A DNA stretch of 64,000 nucleotides from Phoronis australis (lineage: Eukaryota; Animalia; Phoronida): assembly GCA_002633005.1 (NCBI GenBank), contig NMRA01000205.1:1-64000 (forward strand), in the 5' to 3' direction. The first letter of the stretch is position 1. Each line of letters opens with the position of its first letter. The notes under the pieces were generated by a model that worked only from the letters and a program-made list of their open reading frames with translations, was not told the DNA's origin and did not search any database. The position numbers and the translations under genes are program-made. Positions 26,101 through 38,474 of this stretch are shown in pieces.

Positions 26101-28615
26101 CTGACAAAGTGGACCTTTTGCTAACAAAAATGCTGGGGGACTAAAAAAGAACCACCTTCAGTACTGTGAAATGTGCGTCTGCTCCTTTTCAGTGGACTTT
26201 TGTCTCGTTTCCGTGGACTTTTTGTTTCTCTGAGGCGGAACTCTTTGCCCACTCCGCCAAANCCCCCCCCCCTGAGTGCGAGCATGGAAACAATGTAATC
26301 CCGCTGACAAGTACGCTGCGTCTGTTTTCAAAGTCCAAAGTCCAGACCCGCTTAGTGGGGCACATCCCTCGCAAGAGCAGCAAAACTTTTGCGTTCTTTT
26401 TGAAACGCGGTGCAAGTTTGAAGTGAATACGGACATAACGTTGAGGCTCGTGGTCTACAAATTCAGGACTGTCGGATCTTTCAATTGGAGACGTTAGAAC
26501 TGTAGGTAAGGCATTTTGCGCATGTAGTTCATGGGCTGGGCGCTTACTTGGCCAAGTCTGAAAAGGCGTTGGGGCACTTATTGGGGTATGGGCGCTTATT
26601 AGGGCGAATAGCGGCAGAATTACATACAACAGTGTAGTTTAATGCACACAAATCACACGTCGTGCAAACCAATCGGCCATTCCACATACCCTAATCAATC
26701 CCAATAGCCTTTGCGCACCCTAACTTCCGGACATGCGCAATCGTTAAATCGATTCGGTTGCAACTCCGCTATTCTATCAAATGTGCCGGGTCGACTTTTT
26801 AGATTGTCCCTATGTACTTTCCTTTTTTTTAACATGAGCGGTTTTATGGTATGGTCAAAAATGTACAGCGTACAGTTTCAACTCCACACGACAGGAGTTT
26901 CCAGGATCAGGTACCAAGTTTTTTACCGTTCAAGTTTTCTTGCAATCTTTTGTTGGCGCTCATAAACCAGTTGTGTATCCGACATTAAGGTAAACACACT
27001 TCCCTTGGTAAGAACAACAATGACATCGTATTTGTCCAATATTTATCGTATTTCTTCGGGAACGAACGACAATAACAAAAAAATTTCATGAAGAGTTCAA
27101 TTTCCGAAGCCAATTTTATAGACAAAACACCAGTTTTAGTCCAAGATAGTTTGGTTTATTTCGGCCAGTGTTTTATAGGCTTGGAGTCATCGCTAATTCA
27201 GTAATTGCCCTGCTTCACACAAAAGGAGCAAAACCAAAGTTTCTGATGCCGGCGGATAATGTCTACCACATGAGTTACGAATAACAATTTCTTAAAGACA
27301 TTGTGGGTGAAGAAAATATAAACACGCATTTATTTGCCTGCAGGTTGACAGATTTTGTCAAAGCAACAGCAAAATATCGCCTTTGAGAAGGGCGAGCCAT
27401 TAGCATAAAAAAGTGGCGGCATAATGACGTAAGAAATATCATTGTTTCTATGATGTCAAGCTTGTTTGAAATAGTGGTGGTAACAACAGGTCAAACCGTG
27501 ACGTGTATAAGTAAAATGGGATGCCTAGCTGGAGAAATAGAAAATATTTGGACTCTGAAGGAACATGATCGTTTTTCTCAAACCTGGTCTAGGTCGATAG
27601 TTTAAAGGGGCAATAGTCCAAAAAAGCTGACTGTCGGCCTTTCAGACTGTAAAAACATTCACTTTCTCTTTCCATTTTCTTTTAAGATAAAATGTGAATT
27701 AAAATTGCTATTTGGTCAAAGGTCGTTAGTTTAAAGTACATATAAATAAGGACAAAGATCGGACATTTCATTATTAATGGACGTGAAGTCACGTGTCTCA
27801 TGAGGCGCCACTTTTTGTGTTGTAGCTCGAAGATAAGGAAATTTAGTATATTAATCCTTTTGATGCATTGCATTAAATGTATATATTGAACAATGCTGAC
27901 TTCGACATCATTTGATGCATTGCATTAAATGTATATATTGAACAATGCTGACTTCGACGTTGGCGGTTTTTTCCATGCAGTCCAGATTTAATGAAACCTA
28001 GTTCAAATCATTCTGTTAAATCACTGTGTTTTTCTAAGAATATTGGGGCCCTCTCCACATAAAATCGTTGCGTGTTTTGTATGTCCGTTACCAGCAATTC
28101 TAATGAACCGGTGACCGCAGCCGACTCGTCATTAGTTCTCGAAAAATGCCTGCCTCCAGAGTTCAACTTAACGCAATTTTTTAACTTACTCATCATCGTG
28201 GAACGATCCCCAGTTCTTTGACAAGCAATGTTTTCAACAAGTCATCGACTTGCGGTCTGAATTTAGTTCTTCGTGGCAAACTACAGGTGGATATAGCTAT
28301 ATTTTCAATGCTTGCCGAAATAATCAATTTTTGAAGTTGATGCACTCCTAAACAAGATTTTAAATCTCAGCCTCCTCGTTTCCAAAAAGTAGCCGAGGCC
28401 TACTCTGCATCCACAGCTGTCAAGACGCTCCTCATAATATCGTTAAAGCTGAATATAGGAGCCCCTTTAATATACTTTGTAACAGCACTTGCCCGATGAC
28501 AACATTGAACCATAAATGAGATAATTTTAAAATCTTTGAGAACCATGATGTATTAGCACTTTGTTAAACATTTATTGTGTTCTCAATAAATAAATTTAAA
28601 AATATTAAAAAAAAA

Positions 28616-28647
<32 letters not shown>

Positions 28648-30839
28648 TGATAACAAATACGATAACGAGTACTACTTGTGATAGTAATAATAGTATTAAT
28701 TGTAGTAACAGTGGTGATAGTAATGTAATATTAATAAAACGATAATAGGTATCCAAATTCATGCCGTGTCAGCCCTTGTCATTCCTATAGAAGATGTATA
28801 CCAAAAGTACAGCCCAAAAGGGTGTTTTTTCACACAAAAATACTCTCCAAAATGGTGCAATTTTCGACAAAACTATATCTAAAAGGTGGCTTTCCTGAAT
28901 TTCTGGAACAGAAGTGTGCGAAAATGTGAATTTTTACACAAATTAGTCTCTAAATGGATCACTTTTTTCGAGCCTACTCTCTAAGCGGGTAGGTATTCAA
29001 AATTTTCGGGCGGTACTCCTCGTCTAAAAATACTCCAGTACCCCCGGCCGCGTTAAATATCACTTGTTCGTGATTTTGGTCAGTTTCTTTTCAATATGAC
29101 GTGGGTTTCGTAAAATGTAACAATGGTACATTTCTCGCATGTGCGTTCAACGTAAAATGTAACAACTTCTTACATTTTAGGAGAGGCTTAGCAGCTTAAA
29201 ATGTAACAGTCGTTACATTTTACGGCGTATCAAGGCCTCATTAATGTCCGTGTCTGCAATGACGGTGTGACCTTAAATTTCATGAGCCTCGTCTGAACAA
29301 ATAAGTAATCGCCAGTTCTTCCCGCGAGCTAAAAACCAAGACTTCGCGAGATTACGTGAGGTATTGCCGTGTACTTTAAATGAGAACACCTGACTTTATC
29401 TAGATTTTACCTGGGTCCTAGCAAAGGTCCTAGGATTACTGAACGCACGCCAGGAATCACTTTTAAGTAAATTAATTTTATAACGGTAAGTGGCCAAAAT
29501 AAAACTTTTTGACAGAAAGAACGGTATCAGTTTTGCTAACAAGCACTTGCCATGCCCTAGAGAGGAACAGCAGTCAGTTTGTTCCTGTATCCATCGCATA
29601 CAGTGAGTTCCTGCGGCCATGGCATAGCCGTCTTGCAGGAGACTACAGGCAGATATTGTCGAAGATGACTGATGTTACGTACCAGTACATGATTTTGTCT
29701 ATAGCTCAACACTGAGCATGTCGAATTGTCCATTGCCATGTGACAGCTACTGGAAGTGTCCTAGTATGAGACACTTTTGAGATGTGTGTATACATAGAAA
29801 ATCGCCCCCAGCTTAGTTATGTGTCATGAAGCATCGACATGCATGTCGCACACGATTTTCTTGTAGTTGTGTGATTTTTAAGTCATTGGTGTCGGGGGAC
29901 ATTTTCGGTGATGTTTATGAAAGTGTCCCGTTTTACACCAAACTGCAGTTCAAGTAAACATATTTCCATTCTTCTTTCCAACGCAGGAGCACGTGCTAAC
30001 TACAGCGACTCCCAATGCTTCAGCAGAGTTTGGGCTTCCTTCTGGTAAGTATTGGACCTTGTCTGCATTGTCAACTGGCCTATCGACAGGATTTTTAGTG
30101 ACATCTTAAGTGACTAATTAGAACGCAGCATTCTTGGCACACCTTCGTTTCCAAGCCGTCATTTTACCCGACAAACAACAGGTTACCGGGTAAAACTATT
30201 GTTTATTTGTTGACATCTCGCAAGGGGTGGAGCTTGCATAGGTCAATTTGCCACGAATTTCGTTTATAGTGGTTTCCCATGATTCGACTTCTACAGACTG
30301 TAGAAGAAATAGGAATAAATAAACCTCACACGCAGTTTCTTCGCTGTAGGCCTATTAGTCCGACGATAGGCTGGTATACAATATGCATTTTATTCCTTCA
30401 TCCACGCGCATTCAGCGTCAGTTTGACGAAAAGAAACAATGTATACCATGTCACACATACATTTATTCACTTCGAATATTTCAGCATGGGACACGGAACT
30501 TTAAGGTAATTTCTATCAATTGTTCCGAATTGCACAGTTTTGCACTTGGCCCAGTGCTTGAGGGAATAGAGTTATTTTGCTGTTCGTAATCACGTTACAT
30601 TTTTGGTCGCCTTACGCCAGTGTCACGAAAACTTCAAATATCGCATCCCGATGTCCATGTCCAGTTTGACGGCAGTGATTTGTTTCATTTTCTTCTTTGA
30701 ACATTTGTAAAGGTGGTCCGGTGATAAAATTGAAGAAGGTTGTTACGATTTGTTTCTAATTGCAGGTGTCGCAGAAAGCATTCAACCGTCACGGAAGGCT
30801 TCAGTAGTTCTTTTTTGCACATCCAGCGACATCCAATAG
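8130..30839 (+). CDS. Putative spliced gene for a small single-pass membrane protein (exons 8130-8263, 8969-9068, 29561-29602, 29987-30044, 30766-30839)
   Basis: Exon 1 encodes the hydrophobic helix GAIIGTVLSCLGGLMATFCGVVYW followed by basic residues and a GTAAGT donor. All junctions are GT-AG with compatible phases (2,0,0,1), giving ~135 aa. ATTAAA lies near 30988. No homolog was recognised. Confidence 0.4.
10107..12767. repeat. Diverged ~350-bp inverted arms (10107-10460, 12431-12767)
   Basis: CTTTCTACAAAATTGTGGTGCATTGCTA pairs with TAGCAATGCACCACAATTTTGTAGAAAG, and GTTGTTGTCACGTGAC pairs with GTCACGTGACAACAAC, with colinear similarity between them. Confidence 0.75.
10637..12218. repeat. 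Tandem duplication of a ~790-bp unit, two copies
   Basis: Both units start CCATGCTATGAACATTCCCACTAAATAA (10637, 11426) and end CATGTAGATCGAGCCTTGGA. They are near-identical with scattered substitutions. Confidence 0.95.
13334..13462. mobile_element. CATG-ended MITE, related to the 43676-43822 copy
   Basis: CATGGGTGGCGCAGCAC...GCCCTCCATG. The internal GCACCGCCTATAGACCA is the reverse complement of a segment in 43676-43822. Confidence 0.6.
14229..17740 (+). mobile_element. ISL2EU/Harbinger-related TIR element, decayed
   Basis: TIR GGGGCTATTCGGA / TCCGAATAGCCCC flanked by AT on both sides. A SAP-like exon remnant LRKKGVSMRGSKHDLIQR is followed by GTAAGG (~14365-14413). Confidence 0.65.
17890..18179 (-). 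pseudogene. N-terminal fragment of a transposon accessory protein (ISL2EU SWIM/YqaJ-type ORF)
   Basis: VEKYIRGQINEPKSCLTKGYKFF continues after a frameshift as ENKVRNME and then a GT donor. The family call is by resemblance only. Confidence 0.4.
18203..25395 (+). mobile_element. Kolobok DNA transposon, decayed
   Basis: TTAA TSDs (18199-18202, 25396-25399) and imperfect TIRs AGTGGCATGGACCGCGAAAA / TTTTCACGTTCCAAGCCACT. Transposase-like remnants: KRRIYLGTEHCRWESLRSELSVTNSELAK (18682-18876) and DDSKFIVF (~22970). Confidence 0.75.
21287..21507. mobile_element. Small MITE nested in the Kolobok
   Basis: Imperfect inverted ends CTGTTCCAAGAAATTGAC / GTCAGTTCTGTTGGAACAG. Confidence 0.5.
25980..26615 (+). 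mobile_element. HIRAN-like ORF remnant next to a DNA-transposon terminus
   Basis: SSIHGFHVYKEV*IP..GEDL, then a MITE insertion, then NPADKYAASVFK..LVGHIPRKSSKTFAFFLKRG. The region ends in repeated GGGCGCTTATT units and ATTAGGGCGAATAGCGG. Confidence 0.65.
26061..26286. mobile_element. CATG-ended MITE with 5-bp TSD
   Basis: CATGCGCGCATCCAG...CTGAGTGCGAGCATG, flanked by GAAAC on both sides. Confidence 0.8.
27606..28465. mobile_element. Possible non-autonomous Kolobok-like element
   Basis: TTAA-AGGGGC ... GCCCCT-TTAA. The TIR match is short. It contains a ~52-bp tandem duplication at 27859-27958. Confidence 0.4.
28616..28652. repeat. (AAT)n microsatellite after a poly-A run
   Basis: Seen directly in the sequence. 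Confidence 0.9.
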
Positions 30840-33800
30840 ATGGAAACTTTTCTAGTTCGAACTTAACTTTATAATTTTATAAGATAGTGGAGTTTTTTAC
30901 CACAGTACGCAATGAATAGATTGCTCAAGACATACTCGAGACGCTGAGCTCAACATTACGTAGAATCAGCGCATTTATAAGCCTCAATTAAAAGTATTTT
31001 TGTTCTCGGCAAGTCTTCAGTTCACTATTGTAGCCTGCGAGACGCAACTGAGCGTAACGTGCATATTATATATGTGTGTTATGTAAAACACGAGGATCTG
31101 GAGGAAATGTCGGGATGATTCTGGGGATCGTGTTGTAAAATTCGGAAAATTCCACACGTACTTGTCAAGTTCATACAGACCACAGCACAGTAGTAAAACT
31201 TAGCTTGTATTGGAACGTCCAGTACAGTAATACAACCAAGAAAACATGTAAAAAGCAAGACACATAACGCGGAGTTGTCGTGAGGACTCGATTGGGACCT
31301 CATGGGTCTCACGCTCCACCGGCTTATCTACAATAATTTGAAAAGTCTTTGTCCAGTCACGCGTTGTGGGTCATAAATCGAGATAATGATACCAACAACT
31401 GACGCGACCAGCAAAACTACTTTCGTTTACTTCATTGGTGCACTAACTGGAGGAATTTAGAATTAGACTTTTAAACACTATCTGATCGTCAACTATTTTC
31501 GGGAGACTTCAATCTCAAAGTGCTTTGCGCAAAGGCGATGTGCGATTTTTAGAGGTGTATTGACGATGATCAACGTTAAAACGGAGAGCAATAAGTGCGT
31601 AGTTGATCATCCAATCGGTAGCTTTGCGAGAAAGCGACGACCTTGCCGAAAGGAATAACAGAAACCCTTGAAAATCATTATAAGCGAGAAAGAGAAAACA
31701 AATATTTTCTTACGTTTAGGCTCATTAACTTTGAGTAAACGAAACGTCGCAAATATGTTCCGTTTTCTCTTGCGCGCTCGTAATCAGATTCCTATAACTA
31801 GTGTTATGGCCAAAAACCGAGTTTGGAAACATCTAGGCTAAAATCTTGATGGTATCATATTTTGCCAGCGACCATACACGGTATAAAAATGAATGAAAAG
31901 CTGAATTAGGAAAAAATTGACTTGATGGAATTCTCGTGAAGGAACGCATAAATATCACCATCATCTTCATGTCAAAATTGCCAACTAAAACTCGAGGGGG
32001 AGGGCACGAACCTTAAAATCCTGGTACGCGTTTTCGTTAACGATTTTCAAAAATAGAGCATGGTGGAGCGTTTGAAAGGGCCAAAATCCATCCAAGTCGA
32101 AGTGGCCATAACGGAGCGATACGGAGATTTAAAATAACGCGATTTATCCATTTTTTTCAGTTGCTGTGTACCTAAATTAACAGGCGCAGAAAAAAATGAC
32201 TTAGGCCTACAGTACGATTTTCTGAAACGTACCTAGCGAAATCGTCAAAGAAAAAAGCGCCTCATGCCACCTAAAACAGACAAAAACAACCAAAGCGCGC
32301 AACGCGCGGAAAAAGTAACTCTTTCACTTGTTTTTTTGTGGTTAGACACGTGATGTGTACCCATAATTTTGGTCGTGGCCCCCTACAACGGGTTACTACT
32401 TCAAATGACACGTATATTGACGATGTCCAAATTTAACTGCTCCACTGGTTCCCAGGGTTTCATGTTTTGTAATTCAAAATGATTGCATAAACTTAGGAAT
32501 GAATGCGAGTTACAGGCACTGCGTCCATAAAGAGTAAGAAAACAAAAACCCAGCGGCATACGATCACCTCGCTTTAACAATGCATTGTGTGCATTCCACA
32601 TAACAAGTAGGCCACTCTTCAGATTAGTGTTTTCGCAAAGAAAATAACAGTAAGATTTCCGAATAGTGTAATATATGGTACATGAGAATTTCAAACGTTA
32701 AAATGACTAGTAGTTCATACTATGGGAAAAGCAATAAGGGACACAGGCACTAGCAATGATAAAGTCTTCAGTATAAATATTACACTTCACAGGATGAGCA
32801 AAACATGCAATAAGTACTGTTGAGATAACCTACCGAGATCTTTGAAACTAACAATTATAAACTCTGCAATATAAACAATACACTTTATACAATGAACATG
32901 TAACAAATATACACACCCAAATAGTGTTACATGCAATCCCTGATGAGATCATCCATAAGTATGAGTCCCTCCATGTAAACAATAACTCACATGGTGAGCA
33001 AAATATATAAAGTGGGGCTTAACTACAACATAGGAACCTTCAAAATTTGTGTCATAGCAGTACAAACACCATAAGTGATATAACTGCTGAGATCACTACC
33101 TTCACGAGGAAAAGTTATCAATATAAAAATATATGTACATGTAACATGAGCTTGAGCAAAGTACCGGTAGGTGCAGTGCCACAATACTGCTATCCCTGGG
33201 GGATTCAGTCACTGAAAACCGCAATAAATTGCACACCTCACAAGATGACAATAATATGTATACAAGAATTTGCTTTTCAAGATAACCATGTGGAAATGAC
33301 AGGGTTGTTGCAGAATTTAGTAAAAAATCTGTATTTCATGCTAAAAAACAATCATTTTCAAAGCCACACCAGGAGTCACTAAATAAAAATACTAAAAAGA
33401 CAGTATGTAATTCACTTCATGACATGCAAACAATAACTTTGCTAAACTGAAAAGATCAGTCATCCAAGGCTTGAAGAATATTCAAAATAAATACACTGCT
33501 TAAGCAATAAACTAGTAACAACAATAACGGACACATGTCGCAATAAATACATCCCTAGTTTTATAGGAGCAAAACTAGCATTTCAAGCTCAACAATGCGG
33601 AAACAACACAAGCAGCTTATACATTTCGAAAACCACACAGGCAATACTGATGTGGTACATGAATGAGGTGCACATCTGGAGAAAAAGTAAAATATTCTCA
33701 ATAGTTGTGAATGTCCTAGCTGCGTGAAGCATGTAGGTCATTCACTGAATACCAGACACATATCATACTATACATTCTCACTGACCACGGGTCAAAAAAG

Positions 33801-34200
33801 CTGCATGCAGAATACTACCCAGGCATCTCAGAGCATTTGGTATACATAGAACATTCGAAATGGGTGGAGGGCACACTAATAAATGCTCTGGTGGGGCCCT
33901 AAAATCCAGTAAGCTGTTGAGCGGAAAAAAACTTTTCAAACAAATTTCCAAACACAGTACAACACTTTCAAGCATGATTAAGCGCCAAAAATACTGGAAT
34001 TGATACCTGGGCCCTGTCATTACAGGAAATGGAGCTTGAAATTACGTTTGGAATTTTGTACTCTACTTTTGTGCGAACTTAAAGTCATATGATCCGTTTT
34101 TGGATGTTTTAAAAACATCGTGAATCTGCATAAAAACCATTGAAACATACTCTCTGACAATGTTCACAAAAAGCCCACACACACTTTTATCCTGGACCGC

Positions 34201-34341
34201 TCGAGGTCAAGGACGGCACGGAAATTGCCGGTTTGTCGCGTAAAGTCACAATGTCGATAATTCTACACTTAGCCGCCAGGAGAAAAACTATTGAGTACTT
34301 CCGTAACTCATCGGTAATTTCCGTACCGTCCTTGACCTCGA
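34201..34341. repeat. 141-bp foldback/MITE with 30-bp arms
   Basis: TCGAGGTCAAGGACGGCACGGAAATTGCCG pairs with CGGTAATTTCCGTACCGTCCTTGACCTCGA. Confidence 0.8.
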
Positions 34342-36119
34342 AGTGAAGCACTGGAATTTCTGGTCAGGAGTGTCATACCTTGTAGTATCATATGTAGTGT
34401 ATTAGAGACGATCAGAAGCTGAGGTCGCCTGTGAACTTAAAGTCCTTCTCTCACGCGTTGTTAACCCTTATTACATGGTTAGAACATGTTATAAGGATCC
34501 AAGAAGTACCTACCCCATAACTAATACACGATCCGTGCTCGAAAACAGTTTAAATGAACGCGCCACTCACGATTCGCACCCGAAGAAACACCGCCATTTT
34601 GAAGTTGCCGCGAACCCGGAAGTACAATTCATTCAGGAACCCAGGCTAAGAAAACGTCGTCAGTGCGACTGGAGCAGTGTCTGTTCTGTTACCAGCCAGC
34701 AAACGGGGATAAAAAATCGACAGCGCGCCTTAATTTTGATAAAATCAAACTACGGACAATTTTATGGAATTTGCTGAAGAAATGTGGCGAATAAATTTTG
34801 ACAGAAATTATTTTGCCAGACTCGGGACCGCAGCCTATCGGACCCGGTGCGGATCGAGACCAGACACTGGCGAACGGTAAATGCATGCGGTTGCAAGCTG
34901 TTTTGTCGAAGTAAAATGGTCAAATGATAAATGCTGCATATATTCAAGGGTAGTTTCAGACACTTGCATGAAATTACGGGCTGGTTAGTCCTGTGTCACA
35001 CTGCCGCGGCAGACCTTAGTTAGCCTCAGTCACCAGCTACCAGTGAAGACTATAGTCAAAATACAGCTTGTTAGTAGGCCTAGACAGCTTTGCGCCAAGA
35101 CTACCCTTAGGCCTAACTGGTCGCTGGCCACAAACACAAAAAACACGAAAATTGAACAAAGTTTCTTTTTTGTAGCAACGTTTGTCAAAATGTATCAACG
35201 TTAAATCTTCACAAATTACAAAGTAGCCGATTGAACATGCCTTTCAGTTCAGCAAAAGTCGACATTGTAGGTGCCGCCAGAAATGAGACGAAGTCCAACG
35301 GGAATTGTGAGCACATTTATCACTTAATGAGTAACAACTGCGAGGCTGAAATTTGGTGAACACTGCTAAATCGTGCAGAATAGTAAGTAAAGTTATGTCT
35401 AACTAAATTTCACCGTAATTTGTTGGCGAAAACAATTTACACAAAGTTTTAAACTCGTAACTCATCCCGCTGTCCTCCAATATGGCCGACGCGATCCAAA
35501 CAAAGTGACCCAAATTTCGCCACAAAACTTGCAATAACTTTACAGTGCTTGCCCCGATTTTGATACTTTTTCGATTTTTACTGAGTAGAATGTACTACCT
35601 TTCCGATGATAGCAAAGTACTTTTTCAAAACGAGGAAAAAAATAAAACCGAAAAAAATTGGTTCGACCCACATTAGTTCCTAGGTTCGACCCGCCTGCGT
35701 AAGGAACCAACACCAATGCTATTTTAACATACTAAGTACACGTAACATTCCAAAAAAATCAACGACCACTAACTACAAACTATAAATACACTACATATGC
35801 AAACGAATCACGATATATTACTAATAAGACAAAATAATTAAGACTTTTTGAGCAAGCCATAGCACATTCAGTTACAAGGAAAAAATGGCGGCGTTCAGGA
35901 CAAGTTCCTGAACTGATGAGCCGGAAATGTGGGTACGGGAATAACCGATGACAACCGGTAATCATACGCTCAGAGAGAAGGGTCAAATACTGTTAAAAAT
36001 CGCTTTTGGCAAGAAAGGCGAAAAGAATATAAAGAAAGGGTGTCGAAAATAAGAATTTATGTAGTATGTATTTTCGGATACTGGAACCACATGGGCAGTT
36101 TGCAAGAAGGACTTTAAGA

Positions 36120-36646
36120 CGATTTCCAAAGCAATCCTGATTGCCAACAAGAAAAACGGATTTGGTCTTTTGGGCATTTGAAGACTATTTTAAATACATG
36201 ACAACAAATTTGTTAAGAACCGATTGCACAAAATATAAAACGTGTAATAAGCATTACAAAAAGAAGTAGGTTTCGCGCGCAAACGCTGTGGAACATAAAC
36301 AAGTAGGTCTCTTAGTATAAGATTAGTAGTTAAATCGTGGTGGTGTAGTGATAAAGCACACGCGCTTTATCCGCCAGGTAGTGAGTTCGAATCTGTAGTA
36401 CTGGTAGTTTTTCCTGTTCTCTGTGATTTTTTTTGCCATTTTTTCTTGAATAATACTTCAGGAATCAAGGAAAATGCTTGTTTTAGAGGAAAAACAGAAA
36501 AATTTCCTGGGCGGGAGGGGGCAAACCCTCCTCTCGACCTCCCCCCATTCGGTGCTATGTGCATCTACAATCGTGGTTTGCGCAAACTTTGCTTACAGCC
36601 GGACAAAATGTTGCCCCCCCCCTTGTGATATCCTAGATCCGCCACT
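36120..36646 (+). mobile_element. Partial copy of a hAT-like TIR element with an internal tRNA-like segment
   Basis: Ends CTTGTGATATCCTAGATCCGCCACTG. A-box-like TGGTGTAGTGATAA (~36341) and B-box GAGTTCGAATC (36383-36393). It is homologous to 44412-45491 and 38240-38412. Confidence 0.7.
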
Positions 36647-38474
36647 GGTGTAACTAGTCCGGGTCAGCGTGAATCAGTACTACTACTAGTAGTGTTAGAA
36701 CAAAAACTGAACAGCTGATCGAATTGAGGCTCTTCAAAATGATTCGAGTCCGACTGAGATAGTTACCCATCAGTGAATGCTCTAACCGTGTATACGAATC
36801 ATTGAACATTTCACAAACAGCACACTTACTGACTTATACTTGTCCATCGAAAGCCTGGTATTGTTGTAATGTAAAACCTTCACGAGATCGAACATTCAGT
36901 CTTGTCCTCAATGTTTCTCACCTATCGAACTAGTCGCTTACAGGTACACGGTTTGTTGGTAATGCCGCTTTTTGTACTGGCTAACACGTCTTTTTCTGAA
37001 TCTCGTAGAGCAGGACGACTGCGTTTCGCCTTCGGACGTTCACTACATAGACCTACTTCTCTACGCCATTTGTACAAATTCTGTTGACCTCTAGATCTGT
37101 GGCTGCGCATGCGTTGTTGTAATGTTTACATCTATTAGAGCATCCCGGATATTAAACTCTGTGTAAACATTTCATTCGTTTGTAGTATTTACAACGATTT
37201 TTTTCAAAATTTTTGGACCAGTTGAAAGTTAATAACTTTTTGAACTCCATGTCACATCAAAAAACCGGCTTAAACGGCGTTAAGAGGTTTTTCTTCTATA
37301 ACTCGAACCATAGGCCTTTAAGACAGGTGGCTATTATCCTATGCTCCTATACATAATGACTTACGTGGATATTTTATTAGCGATAGTTTACAGTTGATAA
37401 ACTCAACAAGAATCCAGCACAATAAAATGGTATGTTATGAAATCCATTCTAGTTACTTCACGAAAAATAGGCAGAGCTTGGAATGAGCAATAACAAAAAC
37501 AGAGGAGAATTATCCAGCTGATGTATGATACACAAAAAATGGGCTTGTGTGATAGACATTTTTGGCTGTAAAATTTACCTGAACTAAACATTTAATAAAG
37601 TCGAAAAATTGATAAAAAGAGGAAACTGGAAATCAAATAAGAGGAAATCGACACCAAAAAAGAATTCCTCTTAAAAGACGGAAATCCCAAGCCCTGATCA
37701 AGTCTGTATTCTCCAGGCTTCAACGTGTACATAAATGCAACTGTCAAGCGGTATACCTTCTTGAAATTGTCAAGGCGAGCTATCTGAAAGGTAAACAATC
37801 ACTGTTTTGGTGGTATGATTTTAGAACTTCTGGTGCTGGTGACCTTGTGCACGTGCAGTAGTGTAGCACAACTTATACTCATGTAGTTAGAAGGTCACAT
37901 CACTGTTTGGAAGGGCAACATTTTGAGAGGGATTGTTGAGTGTTGCTCAATGCTCAGGACTCAGGAGTTTTAAAATTATGAAGAAATGGAAGTTTTGGGA
38001 AGCAGTTGAACGAATTAGAAACCAACGATAAAAACATTCATGAAAAGAAACAGAACCCCAAAAAAGAGGAGATAAAAGTACATGTGCACTGTCAAGCAAG
38101 AGCTGCATGATAGTAAGAAAAGGTTCAACAAGTGAAATACAATTTACTCACTGGAATCTGTGCTAAATATTAAACTAAGCAATCGGGGTGTAGACTGGAC
38201 TGGATTATTTTGTAAACAAAAGTCAAGAGTGAACAATAGGGCCAGGGTTTGCCCCACTCCCGCCCAGGAAATTTTTCTGTTTTTTTTCTCTAAAAATCAA
38301 GCATTTTCCTTGATTCCCAAAGTATTATTCAAGAAAAAAAGACAAAAAAAATCGGAGAAAGAGTCAAACAGGAAAAAGTGCAAATACCACAGACTCGAAC
38401 TCACGACCTGGGCCCGGTCTCTAATCTTTGTACTCGAAACGAACTCGAAACTATTTTTGGCAATTTCTCTGCTC

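Larger units (their letters stand above)
9306..29237. mobile_element. PIF/Harbinger-like non-autonomous TIR element expanded by nested insertions
   Basis: 26-bp perfect TIR GGCCTTGATACGCCGTAAAATGTAAC and TSD TCA (9303-9305, 29238-29240). Arrays of AAAATGTAAC/GTTACATTTT lie under both ends. Confidence 0.8.

Noticed and set aside
35500-35692. Transposon-like end with GGTTCGACCC twice
   Set aside because: No partner end was found in the window, so no element can be delimited.
36335-36405. Functional tRNA gene
   Set aside because: A and B boxes are present, but I see no convincing acceptor or anticodon stem and it lies inside a repeat. Treated as tRNA-derived.
37740-38160. Exon-like purine-rich segments
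   Set aside because: They contain stops and no recognisable motif, and no coherent gene model results.
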